A DNA stretch of 64,000 nucleotides. It comes from an uncultured Gemmatimonadales bacterium. Its GTDB lineage: Bacteria; Gemmatimonadota; Gemmatimonadetes; Gemmatimonadales; GWC2-71-9. How positions within the stretch are numbered: position 1 is the stretch's first letter; each line of letters begins with the position of its first letter. This document shows, in pieces, positions 59,319 through 64,000 of this stretch. The notes under the pieces are model-generated. The model was not told the DNA's origin. It worked only from the letters and a program-made list of their open reading frames with translations, and did not search any database. Position numbers and translations under genes: made by a program. The stretch covers positions 124,131-188,130 of the forward strand of contig CAVQGA010000022.1 in the NCBI GenBank assembly GCA_963711915.1, given 5' to 3'.

Positions 59319-61892
59319 GTGACCGCTCCATTCGACCGGCTGAAGTCCGCCCTCGGGGACCGGTACGAAGTCGAGCGACAGGTCGGCCAAGGCGGGATGG
59401 CCACGGTGTTCCTCGCGCGGGACCTCAAGCACGACCGACAGGTCGCCGTGAAGGTGCTCAAGCCCGAGCTCTCCGCCTCGCTCGGCGCCGATCGCTTTCT
59501 CCGCGAGATCCGGGTCGCCGCCAACCTGCAGCACCCCAACGTGCTTGGCCTCTACGACTCGGGCGAGACCGAGGGTTTGCTCTACTACGTCATGCCCTTC
59601 GTCGAGGGCGAGTCGCTCCGGGACCGGCTCAACCGGGAGCAGCAGCTCCCGATCCACGACGCGCTGCAAATTGCGCGCGAGGCCGCCGAAGGGCTCGACT
59701 ACGCGCACAAGCACGGCATCGTCCACCGGGACATCAAGCCCGAGAACATCCTCCTACTCGGCGGGCACGCGCTGGTCGCGGATTTCGGCATCGCCCGGGC
59801 GGTGAGCGAGGCCGGCGGCGAGAAGCTGACCCAGACCGGCATGGCCGTCGGGACGCCGTACTATATGAGTCCCGAGCAGTCGCTCGGCAGCGGACACGTG
59901 GACGCCCGGAGCGACGTTTACAGCCTGGGCTGTGTGCTGTACGAGCTGTTGATTGGCCAGCCGCCGTTCACCGGGCCCAACGCCATGGCGATCATGGCGC
60001 GGCATTCGATGGAGATCGTGCCCAGCCTCCAGGTCGTCCGCGCCTCCGTGCCCGACGACGTCGAGGACGCGGTGATGCGAGCCCTCCAGAAGACGCCGGC
60101 CGACCGCTTCCAGACGATGAAGGAGTTCTGCGACTGCCTCACTGAGGCCGAAGCGGAGGCGACCGTGGTTCGGACGTCCGCCCGACGGGCGGCGACGGGG
60201 TCCCGGCGCGTACCGACCCGGGAGTTGCCGGCCGTGCCGCCGCCCATACACCGCCGCAGGCGGGGCCTCTGGATCGGTGGGGGTGTCCTGGCCGTGCTCC
60301 TCGCGGCCGGCGCCGCGTGGACCGCGCTTCGGCATCGCGACGGCGTGGCGGCCCCGATCCCTGGAAGCAGCGGGCTCGATCCGCACAGGGTCGCGGTCCT
60401 CTATTTCCAGGACCTCGGGGGCCGGGATACGATGCGATACCTGGCAGAGGGGTTGACCGAAGGCCTGATCCGCCAGTTGAGCGAGGTTCAGACGCTCGAC
60501 GTCATCTCGCCGAACGGCGTCGCACCGTACCGCGGCGACAGCATCGCGCGCGACAGCGTGGCCCGGGCCCTCAACGCCGGGACGCTGGTGCAGGGGGGCG
60601 TCGAGCGGGACGGCGGCCGGATTCGTGTGACAGTCCGGCTGATCGACGGCGCGAGTGGGGCGGACTATCAGCGTGCCAGCCTGGAGCTCCCGGCGGCGAA
60701 CGTGCTCGCGATCCAGGACAGCCTGGTCCAGCAGGTCGCTGGACTCATCCGGCAGCGACTCGGCGAGGAGATCAAGCTCCGGGAGCAGCGGGAGAGCACG
60801 GCCAGCCCGCAGGCGTGGACGCTGGTGCAGCAAGCGGACCAGGCTCGAAAGCAGGCGGAGGCGCTCGTGGCGGCGAAGGACACCACCGGGGCCGTTGGAA
60901 GGAGCTTCGACCGGTCCGACTCGGTCTACGTGCTGGCGCAGGCGGCGGACCCCCGGTGGATCGAGCCGGTCCTCGGACGGGGCTGGGTGGCCTTCCGGCG
61001 ATCGCGGCTGGTGGGTTTCGATCCCTTGGCGGCCAGACCATGGATCGAGAAGGGCAAGAAACTGGCCGACGAGGCCCTGGTTCTCGGTCCGCGAAACCCG
61101 GACGCGCTTCAGCTTCGCGGCGAGCTACGATACTGGAGCTGGTTGCTGACGCTGGAGCCGGATCCCGACAAGGCCAAGCAGCTCCTGAACGACGCGCAGA
61201 CCGACCTGGAGACAGCGGTGAAGATCCGGCCATCCCAGGCGGGGGCGTGGGCGGCACTGAGCCACCTCTACAACCAGACGACGGGCGAGACCGATGCGAA
61301 ACTCGCCGCCCGGCGCGCCTACGAGGAGGATGCCTACCTCACGAATGCGGACCTCATCGTGCAGCGGCTGTTCCTGGCCTCGTACGATCTGAGCCAGTTC
61401 GTGGACGCCGACCGCTGGTGCACCGAGGGTCAGCGCCGCTTTCCCGCCGATTACAAATTCGTGTCGTGCCAGCTTTGGCTCATGACCACCAAGGCGAGGG
61501 AGCCCGACGTGGCAATGGCCTGGAAACTCGCGGACAGCGTCGCGAAAGTCGCTCCCGCTCCGCAGCGCGAGTTCGAGCGGCTCGAGGCCCGGATGCTCGT
61601 GGCGATCGTCCTGGCGCGGGCCGGTCTGGCCGACAGTGCCAAGCACCTGGCCCAGCGATCCCGTGGCGGGCCGGACGTGGACGCCACTCGCGACCTGATG
61701 CTCGACGACGCGTACGTCCAGCTGCTCGCCGGCGACAAGAACGAGGCCCTCAACTCGCTCAAGGTCTATCTCGCGGCCAACCCGGACCGGCGTGCGAGGA
61801 TGGCCGAGGATCCCGACTGGTGGTTCCGGAGCCTGCAGGACGACCCGAAGTTCCGGCAGATCGTCCTCGGAAAGCAACGGACGGCACCATAG
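59319..61892 (+). CDS. Membrane Ser/Thr kinase with TolB-like and TPR-like extracytoplasmic region
   Basis: Kinase motifs, TM GLWIGGGVLAVLLAAGAAW, RVAVLYF domain, helical repeats. Confidence 0.92.
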   Translation: MTAPFDRLKSALGDRYEVERQVGQGGMATVFLARDLKHDRQVAVKVLKPELSASLGADRFLREIRVAANLQHPNVLGLYDSGETEGLLYYVMPFVEGESLRDRLNREQQLPIHDALQIAREAAEGLDYAHKHGIVHRDIKPENILLLGGHALVADFGIARAVSEAGGEKLTQTGMAVGTPYYMSPEQSLGSGHVDARSDVYSLGCVLYELLIGQPPFTGPNAMAIMARHSMEIVPSLQVVRASVPDDVEDAVMRALQKTPADRFQTMKEFCDCLTEAEAEATVVRTSARRAATGSRRVPTRELPAVPPPIHRRRRGLWIGGGVLAVLLAAGAAWTALRHRDGVAAPIPGSSGLDPHRVAVLYFQDLGGRDTMRYLAEGLTEGLIRQLSEVQTLDVISPNGVAPYRGDSIARDSVARALNAGTLVQGGVERDGGRIRVTVRLIDGASGADYQRASLELPAANVLAIQDSLVQQVAGLIRQRLGEEIKLREQRESTASPQAWTLVQQADQARKQAEALVAAKDTTGAVGRSFDRSDSVYVLAQAADPRWIEPVLGRGWVAFRRSRLVGFDPLAARPWIEKGKKLADEALVLGPRNPDALQLRGELRYWSWLLTLEPDPDKAKQLLNDAQTDLETAVKIRPSQAGAWAALSHLYNQTTGETDAKLAARRAYEEDAYLTNADLIVQRLFLASYDLSQFVDADRWCTEGQRRFPADYKFVSCQLWLMTTKAREPDVAMAWKLADSVAKVAPAPQREFERLEARMLVAIVLARAGLADSAKHLAQRSRGGPDVDATRDLMLDDAYVQLLAGDKNEALNSLKVYLAANPDRRARMAEDPDWWFRSLQDDPKFRQIVLGKQRTAP

Positions 61893-62119
61893 TCGCCGGG
61901 CGACCCTGCGCGGCACCTCACGCACCAGAGTGCATAGGCCTGCATCATCTGGCGCGGCTGTATCCCGGGCGCTACCTTGACGCTGGCAAACCCGGCCCAC
62001 CGGTAGCGTGACCTGACGTGCTCCCTGCGCGGCTGCATCGCGTTCGTTTCTCCGCCCCACCCACGGTTCCCCCCGGCGCGCAGACCCGTTGACGGCCGGG
62101 GATCACGGAGGACCCAGCC

Positions 62120-63145
62120 ATGCGCCATCTCCTACTTGCAGCCCTTTCGGGGGCTCTCATACTGTCGGCATGCAGTGATCAGTCGCCGCAACCCCCCACC
62201 GGTCCCCAGGCCGGCGGCCTGCCGACGTTCGACAAGGGCGTGGCCTGCGGCACGCCGGTGTTTCCACTTGGCGATGCCAACACCCTGGTCAAGCTCGTCT
62301 ACCCGAACGGGAGTCCGGAGAACAACGCCCTCGCCAAGGTCTTCGACATCAGCAAGAGGTGGTCGCAGTGCAAGCTGGCGGATCCGCGTGCCAAGGTCGT
62401 GGACTTCGTCAAGACCCTGTATGGGGACTGGAAAGCGGGGCGGCTGACCGCGCAGGCGACGGCCCAGACGGTGGGCGACCTGATCAATCTCATGTACTCG
62501 GGGGTCGGTCTCGCGGCCGGCGATTTCGGATTCGGTCTCTTCACCGGACCAGAGCTTCGGGTCCGGGGTGACAACAACAAGGTCAGCACAGTGATCCCGG
62601 CGAACGGATTTCCCGAGCCCACCCTGGTGTCGATCACCCGGCTGCCGGACACTCCGCAGCTCGTCACGAACGGACAGGACCAGTTCCCGCCGTTCTACGA
62701 CATCACCGTCACTAACGCCTCCGGCACCCACAACCTGGCCAGCGGCGTCGGGATCGTGGGCTTCTGCGTCACGGATGCGGTGCTGGCCCAGATTGCCGCC
62801 AACGATGGTGATCCGCAGATCGGTCACAATCCCACCGACGGCGGCTTCGAGGTTCTGGATGCCGCCGACGCCACCGAGTACGCAAACCTCGGTTTGTCCT
62901 GCACCATTCAGGCGAATGCCGGACCGATCATCACCGACCTGTTCCACGGCGGCACCCTCGGGGACCTTGCGCTCGGCACCTGGAATGCGGCCAGCCAGTC
63001 AGTGGCCTCGGCGGCCCAGGCGATCTTCCTGCCCCAGCCGCTCCAGGCCGCGACGCTCGCGGATCTTACCAAGGGGGTGGGCGGCCGGACGACGAAATAC
63101 AGCCCGTTCGGCGTGGTGGACGCCAATTCAGGCTCCTCCGAGTAA
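62120..63145 (+). CDS. Hypothetical lipoprotein
   Basis: GGAGG RBS; MRHLLLAALSGALILSAC lipobox. Confidence 0.75.
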   Translation: MRHLLLAALSGALILSACSDQSPQPPTGPQAGGLPTFDKGVACGTPVFPLGDANTLVKLVYPNGSPENNALAKVFDISKRWSQCKLADPRAKVVDFVKTLYGDWKAGRLTAQATAQTVGDLINLMYSGVGLAAGDFGFGLFTGPELRVRGDNNKVSTVIPANGFPEPTLVSITRLPDTPQLVTNGQDQFPPFYDITVTNASGTHNLASGVGIVGFCVTDAVLAQIAANDGDPQIGHNPTDGGFEVLDAADATEYANLGLSCTIQANAGPIITDLFHGGTLGDLALGTWNAASQSVASAAQAIFLPQPLQAATLADLTKGVGGRTTKYSPFGVVDANSGSSE

Positions 63146-63200
63146 GGCGACGTCAACGCCGGAGCAAAGCAGCAGCATCGGTAATATCCCGAAGTAGGCA

Positions 63201-63232
63201 AAGCGGGGCGGGCCGTTATGGCCGCTCCGCTT
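63201..63232 (+). terminator. Possible terminator hairpin
   Basis: AAGCGGGGCGGGCC..GGCCGCTCCGCTT imperfect stem. Confidence 0.45.
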
Positions 63233-63297
63233 GTGCGTTCGCCCCCATGCCGATGGTCGCGGCTCCGCTTCTGGCCTCGACAAGGCTCGCGTTTGTG

Positions 63298-64000
63298 ATG
63301 AGGAAGACACGCATTCCGCCTTCGGTCTGCGCGCGGCTGGCCCCGCTGGGAATCGTGCTCCTGAGCCTCGCCGCCTCGGCGCCGAGCCTCGCAAACGGCT
63401 TCGCGGTCGACGATGTCCCGATCGTCGCCTCGGATGTCCGCATCCGGCGCCTGGACGCCCCCTGGCGATTCTTCGCCGAGACCTATTGGCCGCCGGCGAC
63501 GAAGGCGGCGCTCTATCGGCCCCTGACATCGCTAGCGTTTGCCGTCGAGTGGCGACTCGGCCACGGAAAGCCGTGGCCGTATCACGCTACCAACGTGCTG
63601 TTGTACGCCATGGTCTCCCTGAGCGTCTACCGTCTGGCGGTTCTGCTGCTGGGCGGCCTTGCCGGGTGGTGGGCGGCGGCCCTCTTCGCGGTGCATCCCG
63701 TGCACGTCGAGGCCGTCGGCAACTCGGTCGGTCAGTCGGAGCTCTGGGCGGCATTCTGCGTGGTGCTGGCGGTGCGATACTACATCGGGGTCAGGCGCGA
63801 GCGGGACCTCTCGACTCGAGACCTCGCCCTCGTCGCTACCCTCTACGCGATGGCCTGTCTCTTCAAGGAGCACGCCGTCATGATGCCCGGGTTGCTGGTT
63901 GCCGCCGAGGTGACCGTCCTCGGTCAAGGGCTGTCCGACACGCTCGGGCGTCGCGGAGTGCGACGTCTCCTGCTGACGCTGACGATCATCGGGATCGGGT
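63298..64000 (+). CDS. TMTC-like GT-C membrane glycosyltransferase (partial, runs off window)
   Basis: NGFAVDD, LYRPLT, YHATNVLL, LFAVHPVHVEAV, LFKEHA. Confidence 0.8.
   Translation, partial: MRKTRIPPSVCARLAPLGIVLLSLAASAPSLANGFAVDDVPIVASDVRIRRLDAPWRFFAETYWPPATKAALYRPLTSLAFAVEWRLGHGKPWPYHATNVLLYAMVSLSVYRLAVLLLGGLAGWWAAALFAVHPVHVEAVGNSVGQSELWAAFCVVLAVRYYIGVRRERDLSTRDLALVATLYAMACLFKEHAVMMPGLLVAAEVTVLGQGLSDTLGRRGVRRLLLTLTIIGIG

Overview
GC-rich bacterial chromosomal window. Its gene style (several Hanks-type Ser/Thr kinase-TolB-like-TPR proteins, GCGGACAG tandem repeat, GTCATCC..GAGC palindromes) suggests Gemmatimonadota; this is inference only. Most of it is housekeeping or accessory metabolism: crcB/DUF190, a TPR-glycoside-hydrolase plus TPR-beta-barrel pair, a LolD/FtsX-type ABC operon with an AttH/lipocalin-like fusion, an mntR-mntH-outer-membrane-protein operon with its operator, an N6-adenine MTase plus SNF2-like helicase, a hybrid histidine kinase, pit/DUF47, malate synthase, tRNA-Asn and a form II cox-like molybdoenzyme cluster. 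The standout is a candidate undescribed peptide secretion/signalling system. Three small genes (44871, 52704, 52917) share an acidic EL-x-x-EELE-x-[RK]-IAP motif followed by short variable tails. Two sit upstream of a GAF-GAF-HlyD, an RND adaptor and an (RRE-like)-M50 protease-HlyD operon that has no ABC ATPase, divergent from a SARP/BTAD-AAA regulator. The clustered and the orphan peptide promoters carry the same TTCACG heptamer repeat and -10 geometry typical of SARP targets. Three 1-nt frameshifts and one in-frame TAG suggest residual long-read assembly errors.
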